64,000 nucleotides of DNA from Octopus bimaculoides. Its lineage: Eukaryota. The DNA is taken from NCBI RefSeq assembly GCF_001194135.2, contig NC_068984.1, positions 8,101,206 to 8,165,205 on the forward strand. Direction: 5' to 3'. Shown here piece after piece: positions 1-13,043 of the stretch. Both the position numbers and the translations under genes were made by a program. The notes under the pieces are model-generated. The model did no database searches and was not told where the DNA came from. It was given only the letters and a program-made list of their open reading frames with translations. The stretch's first letter is position 1. The number at the start of each line of letters is the position of its first letter.

Positions 1-622
1 ATATATATATATATATATATATATATACGATGCGCTTCTTTGTTTCCATCTAACAAATCAACTCTCAAGTCTTTGGTCATCCCGAGGCTATACTAAACGA
101 TAGCTGTCCAAAATAAAACGCGGTAAAACTGAACCCAAAATCATGTGTTTGAGACCTCGTCACTTTATATCATACTACAGCGGCCAATGTGTCTTTGTAT
201 TCCCGTCCCTCTCGCTTTGTCTCTCTATCGATGGTTTACATCAGAATGTGAGCGGAGAGATTGTAGTGATGCTGGTGCTTAAACAGAACTGTACATTGTA
301 GAACAACTCTGACCTCACTGGTAATGTTTTGACATTTGACCGGACTTTTAAAATGGCTACACAAAGTCAAATCTAAAAGTCAAGAAACATCGGCAATAAA
401 TTATAATAACACTAATCTAATAATACTGGTTTTAAAGGATTATTCAGGGATCGAAATCTCTGAAAAGGTTGTTGCATAAGTGCCTTTTATCTTTTACTTC
501 TCTCAGTGACTGGACTCCGGCTATGCTGGAGCACCACCTTTGAAGGCTTAAGCGAATAAATCGATGCCAGTATTATTTTTTAAGCATGACTCTTATTCTA
601 CACGTTTCTTTTCTGGGAACGT

Positions 623-691
<69 letters not shown>

Positions 692-923
692 NNNNNNNNN
701 NNNNNNNNNNNNNNNNNNNNNNNNNNNNNNNNNNNNNNNNNNNNNNNNNNNNNNNNNNNNNNNNNNNNNNNNNNNNNNNNNNNNNNNNNNNNNNNNNNNN
801 NNNNNNNNNNNNNNNNNNNNNNNNNNNNNNNNNNNNNNNNNNNNNNNNNNNNNNNNNNNNNNNNNNNNNNNNNNNNNNNNNNNNNNNNNNNNNNNNNNNN
901 NNNNNNNNNATATATATATATAT

Positions 924-1100
924 AGTTAGAATTTACAAAAAAACAAAAGATGAAGACGGGTGTGTAATCAACAAAAAGGTGTATTAGTTTAACACTTGGG
1001 AAGGTGAGAAATTCTTTTATATTTCGAGCCTACACTCTTCAACAGAAAGGAACATGAGAAAATAAACAGAGAGAGAATAAAAGAAAGCTTTGGTGGCTAG
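924..1100 (-). mobile_element. Short PLE-terminus-type repeat carrying a hammerhead-like motif and ending in (TA)n; homologous to 13040-13200
   Basis: Aligns by eye over ~170 bp with 13040-13200. Both contain CTGTTGAAGAG..GCTCGAAA on the minus strand and abut (TA)n. Confidence 0.65.
1014..1049 (-). ncRNA. Minimal type-I hammerhead-like motif with variant core CUGUUGA
   Basis: Minus strand reads CTTT-CTGTTGA-A-GAGT(GTAG)GCTC-GAAA-TA-T-A-AAAG: 4-bp stem I, stem II hairpin, palindromic ATAT in place of stem III, AUA triplet. Confidence 0.5.
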
Positions 1101-1199
1101 CTATGTATATATATATATATATATATAATAACAATGATAATAATAATAATAATAATATTAGGGAATAAAATCCAAAACTTACAGGAAAAAATTCAATTT

Positions 1200-2445
1200 A
1201 GCAAAACTAAATCAAATCTCCCAATATAAAATATATGTATATAATTTAGAGAAAAACCACTATTAAATAATTCAATAATAAAGAATATATTTCATAGTTA
1301 TTTTTTTATGTACTTCGATGAAACAGCATCAAAGATGAAATGATGAAACAGCAACAAAAACGATCAAAGCATGGTAAGAATCAATACAGATACCCAAACT
1401 ATATCGACGGGATTGTCATTTCGGTATGTAAACCGCCAGAGAACTTCTGGAATATACGGTGCAGTACAGTTAAACACGGATGAAATGCATGCTTTATAGT
1501 TACCACCGAAATTCGCTGCATATAATAAAGGTCAGAAAAACTGATTGTTTATGTGAGCAACAGTGTGCAGCGCCTCCATTCCTATTACATGAAACGCATA
1601 GCTTCGAAATATGTTGTTCACAAGAACTCAGCTTTGTCATACAACATGAAAATCAATATACCGATAGCAGACTTAGTTAAGATAATGAACAACGTGTCTC
1701 AACTCTGCAAACCCTATGGAACGAAGAAACCTATACAGAACTTCATGCACCGCATGCAATTCTCTGTATATGATCATAAAGATAGGGTTCGGGTATACAG
1801 GGGTGCTAGAAAGAAGTTAGATAACATTATATGTAATGAAAATCAGTGGTACCTGCCCAAGATATAGGAGTAAAGACTGGAATAGAATACAAAGAGTTTG
1901 TAGCAAGGCAAACAGGGTGAACACGTGGTACAAAACCGACAAATACCAAGCAGTGATGTTTGTAGAGGCCACAGGCCATTGAGAACTAGCCCGTAGATAA
2001 ACTCAACATTAAGATCGTTGAAAGGCCACGGAGTTCCATCACATCACAACTACGTAGGACTATATGCACCAATGATAATACTATATGCACCAATGATAAC
2101 TGAATAGTATGTAGGATTAACCCTGGCATTAATTGCAGAACCAGAAATATAGTCAACAACATAAGGTGCATAGAAGGTGCGTGGAAAGACAAGAACATGA
2201 TATACATAAGTGAGACGTTTAGCAGCATTACAGAGAGACTAAATGCACATGTGAGACAATATGATGACATAAAACAGTTCTCCATATTCTACCAACATGC
2301 CAAGGACCAGCATGGAGGCAATCTGGGTCAACCTGACATCCGCATTTTATACATGCACCCGAAGGACCCAACACTCAGACAAATACAGGAGTACATCCTC
2401 ATAAGTGAAACATCTCCAGTACGAAATACGAAATATACGTAGTAG
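1200..2445 (+). mobile_element. Penelope-like element remnant (Neptune-like): N-terminal region, post-RT linker and GIY-YIG endonuclease, with the RT core missing
   Basis: Translations give LPPKFA (~1500), HSYYMK..SKYVVHKNSA..QNFMHRMQFS (1553-1867), YRSKDW..WYKTDKYQAVMFV (~1865-1970) and INCRTRNIV..IRC..YISET..ERLNAH..H...H..ILYMHPKDPTLRQIQE..ISE..P (~2125-2442). These match PLE linker and GIY-YIG motifs. Multiple stops and frameshifts. Confidence 0.85.
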
Positions 2446-2466
2446 GTAGTCATATCCCTATACCCG

Positions 2467-2510
<44 letters not shown>

Positions 2511-3106
2511 AGGTAGAATAGTTAGTGGGCTGTTATGTAGATGTTATATATATATATATACGACAAGCTTCCATTTAGTGTCTGTCTACAGAATTAATTC
2601 ATAAGGCATTGGTCAGGCTGGCGTTATAATTGAAGGTACTTTCGCAATGGGACTAACACCCAATGCAAGCACTTAACCAAACAGTTGTCCTGACACCTAC
2701 AGTTAAATCTTAGTCGTTTTACTGAGGTGAGGTTAGAATCAAACTGAATATATTTAAAATATTCAAATTTCGTGTATTTATTTCGTTCCAGGGAAACGGA
2801 CAAGTGTACCTATGTCTAATATGTTTGCATTAATAACCATCTAAAATATTCTACCGAAATTGTGTATAACGGTTCGCTCGGAGATATGTTTGCGGCTAAA
2901 TAAATTTATACTGAAATACGTTTTGACTCCATTAAGGAATATTAAAAGAAAATATATCTAAATTTTGTTTTCTACATGTCATCTGTATATAATGCCTTTG
3001 GCTGAAAAATATAAAGGAATATATGAAAATATGTAAATATGCCATATCTGTATGTGAGCTAGAATATAGGAAACTATGTAAGTGGGTCGTTGTTTTCTCC
3101 TTACAG

Positions 3107-3147
3107 CACACAATTAATACTAAAATTCAACATGTGTATATATCATG
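3107..3147 (+). CDS. Candidate 41-nt host exon, product unknown
   Basis: Acceptor ttgttttctccttacag and donor ATG|gtaagt. Open frame HTINTKIQHVYIS is phase-compatible with 5834-6074. Could be chance. Confidence 0.2.
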
Positions 3148-3159
3148 GTAAGTAGAGAG

Positions 3160-3201
<42 letters not shown>

Positions 3202-5833
3202 NNNNNNNNNNNNNNNNNNNNNNNNNNNNNNNNNNNNNNNNNNNNNNNNNNNNNNNNNNNNNNNNNNNNNNNNNNNNNNNNNNNNNNNNNNNNNNNNNNN
3301 NNNNNNNNNNNNNNNNNNNNNNNNNNNNNNNNNNNNNNNNNNNNNNNNNNNNNNNNNNNNNNNNNNNNNNNNNNNNNNNNNNNNNNNNNNNNNNNNNNNN
3401 NNNNNNNNNNNNNNNNNNNNNNNNNNNNNNNNNNNNNNNNNNNNNNNNNNNNNNNNNNNNNNNNNNNNNNNNNNNNNNNNNNNNNNNNNNNNNNNNNNNN
3501 NNNNNNNNNNNNNNNNNNNNNNNNNNNNNNNNNNNNNNNNNNNNNNNNNNNNNNNNNNNNNNNNNNNNNNNNNNNNNNNNNNNNNNNNNNNNNNNNNNNN
3601 NNNNNNNNNNNNNNNNNNNNNNNNNNNNNNNNNNNNNNNNNNNNNNNNNNNNNNNNNNNNNNNNNNNNNNNNNNNNNNNNNNNNNNNNNNNNNNNNNNNN
3701 NNNNNNNNNNNNNNNNNNNNNNNNNNNNNNNNNNNNNNNNNNNNNNNNNNNNNNNNNNNNNNNNNNNNNNNNNNNNNNNNNNNNNNNNNNNNNNNNNNNN
3801 NNNNNNNNNNNNNNNNNNNNNNNNNNNNNNNNNNNNNNNNNNNNNNNNNNNNNNNNNNNNNNNNNNNNNNNNNNNNNNNNNNNNNNNNNNNNNNNNNNNN
3901 NNNNNNNNNNNNNNNNNNNNNNNNNNNNNNNNNNNNNNNNNNNNNNNNNNNNNNNNNNNNNNNNNNNNNNNNNNNNNNNNNNNNNNNNNNNNNNNNNNNN
4001 NNNNNNNNNNNNNNNNNNNNNNNNNNNNNNNNNNNATATAGATATATATATATATCAGCTTTCATCAGATGGAAATGTAGGTTTATATAAAGTAATGATA
4101 TTTCTAGTTGTATATATTTCCTTTGGCCATCTTGATTCAGAGAAATATTTAAATAATGAATAATTTTGAACTGTTTCTTTGTTAAGGCGACGGTAATTGT
4201 CGCATCTTCAAAGGGTCGATTAGAAAATCTATCAATATTCTCTCCGGCTCCTTGTTGTCTGAATTCAACCGCAGCAGAAGTGAAATTTCACTTTCATCCT
4301 TTTAAGAGTCGATAAGTAAATTACCACCTCGCTAATGCTATTGACATAACTTATCTTCCTTTTGTCTCTAGAAATTTCCAATAATTTTACAGTCCCAGAC
4401 TGATCACAATGTGCTAGGGGTACAATTGTCAGCTGAATACACATCAGTGCAATGAATATAATAATATTCTTTACTAATTTAGGGAGAAGTGAACTGCAGA
4501 ACATCTTCAGAGATGTCCCTCCCCTCATGCAAGTGTTTCGGCCTTTAACTCCTCATATTCTAAGGGGTCCAGGCTGCTTTCAGATCAAAACTCCTAGGCA
4601 ATCTTTGTGTTACTGTCTGCATTGCAATCGTACTGGATGATTAAGGTACGCCTAAGCTGAGGTAGCTTGGATATTGTAACCAGTCCAGTGTAAGATGCAT
4701 TTTGGTTGTAGGGTTAACTGAGCCCTTTGAAATTCATTTCTTTGGTTGAAAAAAAAAACACATATTCATCGTTCTGACCGACGAAGAAGCCAGAGCTTCG
4801 TATGGTTTCATGTCTAGAAATTATGTTAACTAAAAGAAGATGGCTGATGTATGTTTTAAATAACTTTAACCTGTACAGTTTGGTAGCATTTTAAATTTGA
4901 TATAGATACTTCGATTATTTGATTAGAAAAGGAAAGAAAAAAATTCTAGTCTTTCAAAACCCTAACGAGAATGGTAGGATTCACCCTGAAGAAGCAACAA
5001 TCGATTGATTGAATTGAAACTATTCCCTAATCCAAGACATTTTTGTCTGAACTCACTAATTTGACAGAAATTTCTAGTGAAATTCTATTAGCAGAAGAGA
5101 GAGGAGCCAATGATTTCTTTACCATTCTTTCTCTTTTCTTTTTCACATCAGTAACCTCAGAAACCAATATCCTATCCATCAAGTCATACAGGAATCTATT
5201 AAGTTAGGTAACTATCACATATCTAACCCTTTCCTTCATCTGCATTAACCATAGCAAATGGTAATTGCAAGACAATCAATAGATTCCCAATATTATGTTA
5301 GGAGAGGATTTTCAATAGTAAACGTATCCAGTTTCTTTATATTTCCAGTCCCTGGAACAATTTATTTCCCATTCCATTCCTTTTACTTCATTCCATCTTC
5401 AACGTGGCGTATATTTCACATTTATCTAACCTGACACTTATCAAAACATACATAACACCAGTGCTTCTGACCTTCTCTCCAGCTAATACTTAATATGAAA
5501 GTAATTGCCGGTTCCGGATAATATACTAAACTAATATTTATTTTAATAATTTCTTTTTAATAGATAAATGCATTAATGACAGCTTTTCAAAACATTAAAT
5601 GTTCAAATAGATTAAAACAGATAAATAAATGAAAAATGCCAAACCAAATTATATCAGCTTTACATATTCGAGTATCAACAATCTTGCAAGGAATAAAGAA
5701 ATACCGAAATATAAAAAAAGTGATGTGTTATAGAATGCAATTATAGTAAACGCCTGGAGTTTGTGTAATTATACGAATTGTTCTTAAGATAATATCTCAT
5801 CTTCTTTCGATAGTAGTCTTCTGTTTTATATAG

Positions 5834-6074
5834 TGAGTTGGAAAAGTTTAATAACATGATCGATAATAATCTTGAGGCTAAAGTTTCTTATCAGGGAATT
5901 GCTTACCATAATGTTGAATTAATCCTCTTGGCAAACTACGCAAGAAATAGTAGTAGGTGTTGCTATTTCACAGTTAATACTATAAGGTTACAGATAAATA
6001 GTAGAGTATTTTCAAACATTACTGGTTTTCGCAGCCTTTCACTTGTCTATACTAACTTGAACTCTGCTGAACTG
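5834..6074 (+). CDS. Candidate internal host exon (80 codons) with a weak LRR-like C-terminal segment
   Basis: Acceptor tcttctgttttatatag and donor CTG|gtaagc bracket a stop-free frame ELEKFNNMIDNN...VFSNITGFRSLSLVYTNLNSAEL. Third positions are AT-rich. Confidence 0.4.
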
Positions 6075-7295
6075 GTAAGCTTTAAATGACTAAATTTTCA
6101 TATCGAGCCCCTAATCTTAATGCTATTCTTTAAATTTTATTTGAACTGCTGATGCCGATAGTAGAAATACATTTACCATTGTGATTTGAGTTGGCCATAA
6201 ATATTACAGAAATATACTCTTTAATGTCATATTTATCTATATTTCTATCTATTTTCTTTTACATTTTACTAGTTTCAGTCATTGAACTTCGGCCATGATG
6301 GGGCGCCCCTTTGAAGTGTTTAGTCCAACAAATCGCCCCCACCATTCGTTTTTCTTTAATCTTGGTATTTATTCAGTCAGTTTCTTTTACCGAATCATCA
6401 AGTTACGAGGACTTAAAGAAATGACCACCGGTTGCCAAGCTGGGTGGGTGACAAACGTAAGCACCAAGACACACACAGACAAAAATACAGAGACAGAGAA
6501 ATACAAGGGTTTGTTGTAAATTTACTCTTTTCTCTCTCGCTATACTCAGCCTTATAATCTACTACTTAACACCTATTACCTAAAGTCCAACGCAGCATTC
6601 GTCGAAGTTTAGAAATGATCAAATGAGTCTGGGAAGCAAGCTTTTTGTCACAAAGCCATGTATACGCCTATAAAACATAAGAAAATATTTTGCAGTGGCA
6701 AATGTTATATAAACTTTAAAAAGTGCTTTGTTAAGTGTAAAATGATTAAATAATTGGAAGAGCAATTTTTTGTTCAAAAACAACAGTGTTTTCAATGTTT
6801 TCTTTATTAGTCTGCAATTAAAGACCTATTTTTAGCTGTTATTTCTTCGACTATTTGAGTTTAAGATATTATTATTTTTCGCAGACAGCACTGGGTGTTA
6901 ATTTGGTTGGCAGACAAAGAAAAATGATAATGTTTATTGTCATTGCTAAAATGATTGTTGGTGTCATTTGTTTAAAATTTATAATTGCAAGTGTCTTACA
7001 ATTGTTTATTTCAATCATTAATTGAATAAGATAAATTAGTTAGCAATTTTATCCTCACAAGCTCATATCACAAACAGACTCACTGTTTCACTACACACAC
7101 ACAAATACACACATACGCATGAATATGTGTATGCATNNNNNNNNNNNNNNNNNNNNNNNNNNNNNNNNNNNNNNNNNNNNNNNNNNNNNNNNNNNNNNNN
7201 NNNNNNNNNNNNNNNNNNNNNNNNNNNNNNNNNNNNNNNNNNNNNNNNNNNNNNNNNNNNNNNNNNNNNNNNNNNNNNNNNNNNNNNNNNNNNNN

Positions 7296-7335
<40 letters not shown>

Positions 7336-7552
7336 AGATTCTCTCGTTGTGAACGATAAATAATGGTTCAGTAAAGTAAAGCAGTAATCATGTGCTATGG
7401 TCACATATGTGTTTCTCAAGGCCTGCTGGTGCCTTGAAAACTATTTGACAAATGAAACAATTTGAGGACACAGTTCGTTCGCGTGCTTGTGTATTATTTA
7501 CTACGTATTTTCGTGAGTAGACGTATAATTATTGTATGTACGCATGTATGTA

Positions 7553-8816
7553 TCAGGTTGAGTAAAAGGTAAGCAACGATTTGAACCATGAAGTATTTGT
7601 ACCAGATTGTTGCTGAGTTTGAATTTTCTTAAAATTTTTTTTTTGCAATTGTCTGATAATACAGACATTGACTTGCTCAAATGGATCAATAAATTAATAT
7701 TGATATTTTTTTTTCACCGTTGTTACAGTCATCTGAAATGGAACTGTGAAAGCGCGATATTTGACCAATTTTGCTATTCAACTTCAAAAAAAGGGCGTAA
7801 AGCTGCTGAAACTGCTCGCGATATCAACGAAGCGTTTGGTGAGGAAATGACCAGTGAATGGTCAGCTCGAAAATGATTTAACTGATTTCGCAATGGAGAC
7901 CTGAGCTTTGAAGGTCGTGAGCGTAGTGGATGCCCATCTGTCATCGATGACGGTCAATTAAAGACCGTCATTGAAAAAGATCCATGTAAAACCACTCGAG
8001 ATTGGCAAAGGGATTTCAAGTTAACCAGAAAACTCTCTGCAACCATTAGAATGCGATCAGAAAATCAAGAAAACTCGACAAATATGTATCACACGATTTG
8101 AATGAAAATCAGAAAATGCGCAGATCTGAAGTTTTCTCGTCACTTCTTCTCCGTAACCAGACCGATCCATTTCTCAACCGTATTGTCACTTGCGATGAAA
8201 AGTGGATGCTGTACAATAATGAAAAAAACGTTCTTTGCAGTAGCTGGACCAAAATGAAGCATCGAGAACCTTCTCTAAACCCGAGCTCTTCAAAAAGAAG
8301 GTGATGATAAATCTTTGGTGGTGTACTGCTGGACTCATCGACTATAACTTCTTAAAACCCTGCCATGAAATTGCCAAAATGAACGAAATACTGCTACTCC
8401 TCCGTCCCAGACTGGTCAACAGAAGAGAGCCAATCATTTTTCATGACAATGCTTGACCACACGTTTCACTAATGATGCTCCAGAAGTTGAGGGAACTTGG
8501 CTACGAAGTTCTCCCCACCCACCTTATTCCTCAGACCTTTCTCCTACCGACTACTACTTTTTCAAGCACCTTGATATTTTCTTGTGAGAGAAGGAATTTA
8601 AAAGCCAAAGTGATGCTGAAAGTGCGTTCAAAGAGTTCATCAGCTCCAGAACTGCAGATTTTTTTATGTTACCGGAATAAACAAACTTGTAACTCGTTGA
8701 AAAAAATTTATTGAATGTAATGGTACTTACTTTGATGAATAACATTTCCGCATTGTTGAAATATATTGCAATGAATTTCATGTTTCAAAACGTTGCTTAC
8801 TTTTTACTCAGCCTGA
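7553..8816 (+). mobile_element. Full-length inactive mariner (Tc1/mariner, DD34D) with TIRs and TA target duplication
   Basis: Left TA|TCAGGTTGAGTAAAAGGTAAGCAACG (7551-7578) and right CGTTGCTTACTTTTTACTCAGCCTGA|TA (8791-8818) are 26-bp TIRs with 2 mismatches. Length 1264 bp. Confidence 0.95.
7738..8742 (+). pseudogene. Mariner transposase pseudogene
   Basis: KGRKAAETARDINEAFG (HTH region), YVSHDL (WVPHEL-like), FLNRIVTCDEKW, HDNA, PPYSSDLSPTDYY with 34 residues between D2 and D3 after correcting one frameshift, and C-terminal IECNGTYFDE*. Several stops and frameshifts. Confidence 0.95.
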
Positions 8817-9234
8817 TAGATGCATACGAATACATGACAGTGTGTCGGAGCGCTACCCTCAATTTTGAAATTTCACACACAACTGAATGCTACAATACAA
8901 CTATACAACTATACATACGTAGCACTCAAAATGTACAGATATGTCAACGCACAAACTTATGTATACATAGTGTCACATATACACATACAAAGACAGACAG
9001 CAACATATAATAAAGTGCAACTATAATAAAGTGCAAACTTTTTAGCATGCTGGACGAAATACTTTGCGGTATTTCGCCCTTCGCTACGCTCAGGGTTTAA
9101 TTTCCGTCGATAGAATAAGTGCCAGTGAAACACTGGGGTCGATGTAATCGACTCATCCCCACCACCACCACCAAGCTGCCATTGTGGCAACAATTTGAAA
9201 TAATATTAAAGTGGACACTAATTAAGCTGTGTGT

Positions 9235-9279
<45 letters not shown>

Positions 9280-9772
9280 TGTGTGTGCTTGCTTGCGTGT
9301 GTGTGTGTGTAGAAGAAACATTTATTAGGAGGCTAAAACCAATATAGGTGACAAATATGGTGGCGAGTTGGCTGGATCGTTAGAATGCTGTTGCTTAGCT
9401 ACAATTTGTCCATCGTTATGGTGTGAGTTCAAATGTACGCATGTTATGTATGTGTGTGTCTGTGTGCGCGCGCGCGCGTGAGAATTTATGGCAATTTACA
9501 GGTTGGAGATAATGAGATTGTCTTCCGAAGAAAACGAAACAAGAGAGAATTAAATGCTATTACTTGCTCTGCTTTTTAAACTGCAGCTGTAACATTAGTT
9601 TATTTGCTATTTGAGAATTGAAGCCATGTTGCATTCCTGTATAATGAGCAATAAGATTCTCTGTCATGGAACTATGGTGATAGAAATGACATCGTTTCAC
9701 AAGGTTCTATGTGACGAAAACGAAAACAATTGAAATGGTTTCTCAACTATTCTAGGTGATACTAATAGTTCT

Positions 9773-9912
9773 AAGGTGGCGAGCTGGCAGAAACGTTAAC
9801 ACGCCGGACGAAATGCTAAGCGATATTTCGTGTATCTTTACGTTCTGAGTTCAAATTCCACCGAGGTCGACTTCGCCTTCTATCCTTTCCGGATCGATAA
9901 ATTAAATACTAG
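9773..9912 (+). mobile_element. SINE family B, 3'-truncated
   Basis: AAGGTGGCGAGCTGGCAGAAACG head, B-box-like GAGTTCAAATTCC, and body matching 16181-16413. Confidence 0.85.
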
Positions 9913-10689
9913 GGGGGGAATTTCAACCATGTTTCGTGGTCTTCTACCACAACAGGTCCTTTATAAGATCCAGTTAGCTCAAGACATCATCAGGAGGAAC
10001 CACGTCCAGTTTCGGACCCTACTCTTCTACCGTATCGATGTGCAATTATTTTGACTTGAAATGGAATAAGTTTAGATTATATTTCTATGTTTGCTGTTGC
10101 TACTAGCTACCATAATAACTATTACTATTTTGCAGCTTGGTAAACGAAGAGACACATGTCAGTAATCAGACGACACTGGTTTCTTGTAATAAATAGCATA
10201 GGAGCTATGTTGTCAGAATGTTGATACTGTCGCCATATTGTTTGTGTTTAATTGCTTCAGAGACCAATATCTAACACGAACCTCCTGCTACTTTTATTCT
10301 TAAAAGCATTAGCAGCTTAAGTGAGATGAAATTATTACGATGGATAGTCTAAATTCATCTTAACTTCACTACAAATTTAACACTAAATCTATAGCGCTAA
10401 GACAGCAGCGCAATAATATGCGTTTATTTACCAGGGAATACATTTTTGATATAATTTTCCTCTCAATAATGTTAATTTCGTTTTATAAGAAGTTCTAGGA
10501 CTATATTATCGGGCTTTACGGTATTAGTCGCTATATCGAAGAAAGGAATATTCTTATCAGGTAATATTTGAAATCAGGATCTGAATGGAAGAAAATATTT
10601 TATAAAGTATTTCAATTAATGCTCAATTACTTCCACAATACCCGTCATCTTTTTAATAACGCTATTCTTCTTCGTAATCCTCTGTATTA

Positions 10690-10878
10690 AAGCCACAAGA
10701 CCTGAAATTTTGTGGGGAAGGGACTAGTCGATTTCATTGACCCTAGTGTTTCACTGGTACTTATTTTATCGACTCCGAAAGGATTAAAGGAAAAGTTGAA
10801 CTCGGGACGTAGCAGCAGACGAATATCGCTGAACATTTTGCAGGTGTGCTAACTATTCTGCCAGCTCGCGGCCTTGCT
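10690..10878 (-). mobile_element. SINE family B, alternative-tail variant
   Basis: Reverse complement has the family-B head and body, then a CCCTTCCCCACAAAATTTCAGGTCTTGTGGC tail like the 35124 copy. Confidence 0.75.
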
Positions 10879-10989
10879 GTTCTACTTAATAATGAAGAAC
10901 TGCTATCACGAGTTGTGATTATATTCTTTGTGAAAGCCATAAAACTGATATTCTTTGTTTTTCTCTTCTTAGCCACGTGAAAAATTGTT

Positions 10990-11375
10990 TTATCTTTTAG
11001 TATTTCACTTCTTTCGCTCATTGGACCGTGGCCATTTTGAACCATAGCCTTGAAGGCTTTTGGACGAATAAATCAATCCTGGCTATTTCTTTTAGCCAGT
11101 GATTTAATCTATAGCTGCCTATGCCGAACTACTAAGTCACGGGGATGTAAACAATCCAACACTGGTTGTCAAGCGGCGGAGGCAATAAACACACATACAA
11201 AGGCGCATACATACACACACACACACATACACACTCAGGTGTATGTATGTATGTGCACATGACAGATTGATCGACGTGGAGCTATAATGGAAGACACTGG
11301 CTCAAGATTCCACGCCGTGGGACTGAACCCGAAACCACGTGGTTACAAAACCATCTTCTTAATCATATAGCCATT
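10990..11375 (-). mobile_element. SINE family A, diverged near-complete copy
   Basis: Reverse complement follows the order of 15752-16152: head, TG/TA-rich middle, body, tail. Confidence 0.8.
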
Positions 11376-11509
11376 AGCCATTTGTTAGTTAAACTATAAA
11401 TATAAACTGAGTCGATATAATTTCATTATGATATATCTTAAATTAATTTATCTTTCATACTGATTTAGTCAAATACGTTTTAAATGGGAAACTAATAAAA
11501 TATTATAGG

Positions 11510-11725
11510 CTAATATATTCTGAATCGATCAGTAATTGAAACAGATAAATATTTACAGAGCACAGTTGATATAAAGTTTCGGCCATCAGTCAGCGTCCGA
11601 CATTCACCAATATATTTTCTTCTGATGGAGTCATTGCACCATGATACATACACATGCTTGCTATAAGTTCGTCTCACAGATAACATATCTTCAATAAAGA
11701 AATTCTCTTCAGCATTCAACGCCAT
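11510..11725 (-). mobile_element. Possible degenerate GIY-YIG (PLE) fragment
   Basis: VYVSWCNDSIRRKYIGECRTL resembles the VY..C....YIGET.R.L signature. No other support. Confidence 0.3.
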
Positions 11726-12321
11726 TGTATATCGACACTCTTAGATACGTTTATTTCGGTTTATTTGTATTTCGCTATATTATCTTGCCTACAATTTCTT
11801 GTTCTTTCATTGAAGTATTTACCATAGTGTTGTGAACGTATGCATCTCTCTCTCTCTCTCTCCCTCTCTCTCTCTTTCTCTCTCTCTCCCTCTCTCTCTC
11901 TTTCTCTCTCTCTCTCCCTCTCTCTCTCTCTTTNNNNNNNNNNNNNNNNNNNNNNNNNNNNNNNNNNNNNNNNNNNNNNNNNNNNNNNNNNNNNNNNNNN
12001 NNNNNNNNNNNNNNNNNNNNNNNNNNNNNNNNNNNNNNNNNNNNNNNNNNNNNNNNNNNNNNNNNNNNNNNNNNNNNNNNNNNNNNNNNNNNNNNNNNNN
12101 NNNNNNNNNNNNNNNNNNNNNNNNNNNNNNNNNNNNNNNNNNNNNNNNNNNNNNNNNNNNNNNNNNNNNNNNNNNNNNNNNNNNNNNNNNNNNNNNNNNN
12201 NNNNNNNNNNNNNNNNNNNNNNNNNNNNNNNNNNNNNNNNNNNNNNNNNNNNNNNNNNNNNNNNNNNNNNNNNNNNNNNNNNNNNNNNNNNNNNNNNNNN
12301 NNNNNNNNNNNNNNNNNNNNN

Positions 12322-12354
<33 letters not shown>

Positions 12355-13000
12355 CGTGTGTGTGTGTGTGTGTGCATATGTGTGTGTCCATGCGTCTGTC
12401 TTTGTGTTTGCAACTGTCCTCCACCAGCACCTGACAACAGTATTGGGTTTTTAAGTTCCCGCCACTGAGCAGTTTGGCAGAAGAACCGATAGAATGTTCA
12501 CCAAGCTTTAAACAATATAAGTACTGGAGTCGATTCATTAGAATAAAAAAAATTCAAGGCGGTGCCCCAGTAAGGCCGCAGATAGGTGCATACAATAATT
12601 ACAATTTAAATTTTATAAAAATTGTTGGTTCTTATAGCATCACGAAAGGAATATAAATTTTAAGAAAAATAGTTATTTGAAACTGAAATTAAATACAACA
12701 AATCAATGAGGTGCAGATGCATCCTTAATATGTTACAACAGATTTGAACAAGAATATGGTAACCGCTGGTGTATTTTATCTACGGAGGAAAACTTGTTAT
12801 TTCTCATTTCCATGACTCCTCCCATGAATACTCTCTCATTCACTCCTGTTTCTCCTCAACATCTGTTTCTATGGTTTCTTCTCTCTCATTGTGTGAGTAA
12901 TATTCTTTTACTCATTGTCTGCCACTAAGCTTAGTGTGCACACTCTTCCTTCACGTCTTATGTAGATCCTGTATAACATGTTTAAGTTATCCACTTTGTT

Positions 13001-13039
<39 letters not shown>

Positions 13040-13043
<4 letters not shown>

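Noticed and set aside
4986-5025. CTGAAGAA...GAAAC resembling a hammerhead
   Set aside because: Stem II does not close next to the core and no stem I is evident.
5030-5470. Stretch open on both strands, with IPNIMLGEDF (APE-like) and LRR-like words
   Set aside because: Conflicting interpretations, multiple stops and no splice support. Cannot be assigned.
9930-10030. Minus-strand CTGATGA and GTGGT/ACCAC-GAAAC pieces
   Set aside because: Core halves are not correctly juxtaposed and the cleavage-site base would be G. At most a relic.
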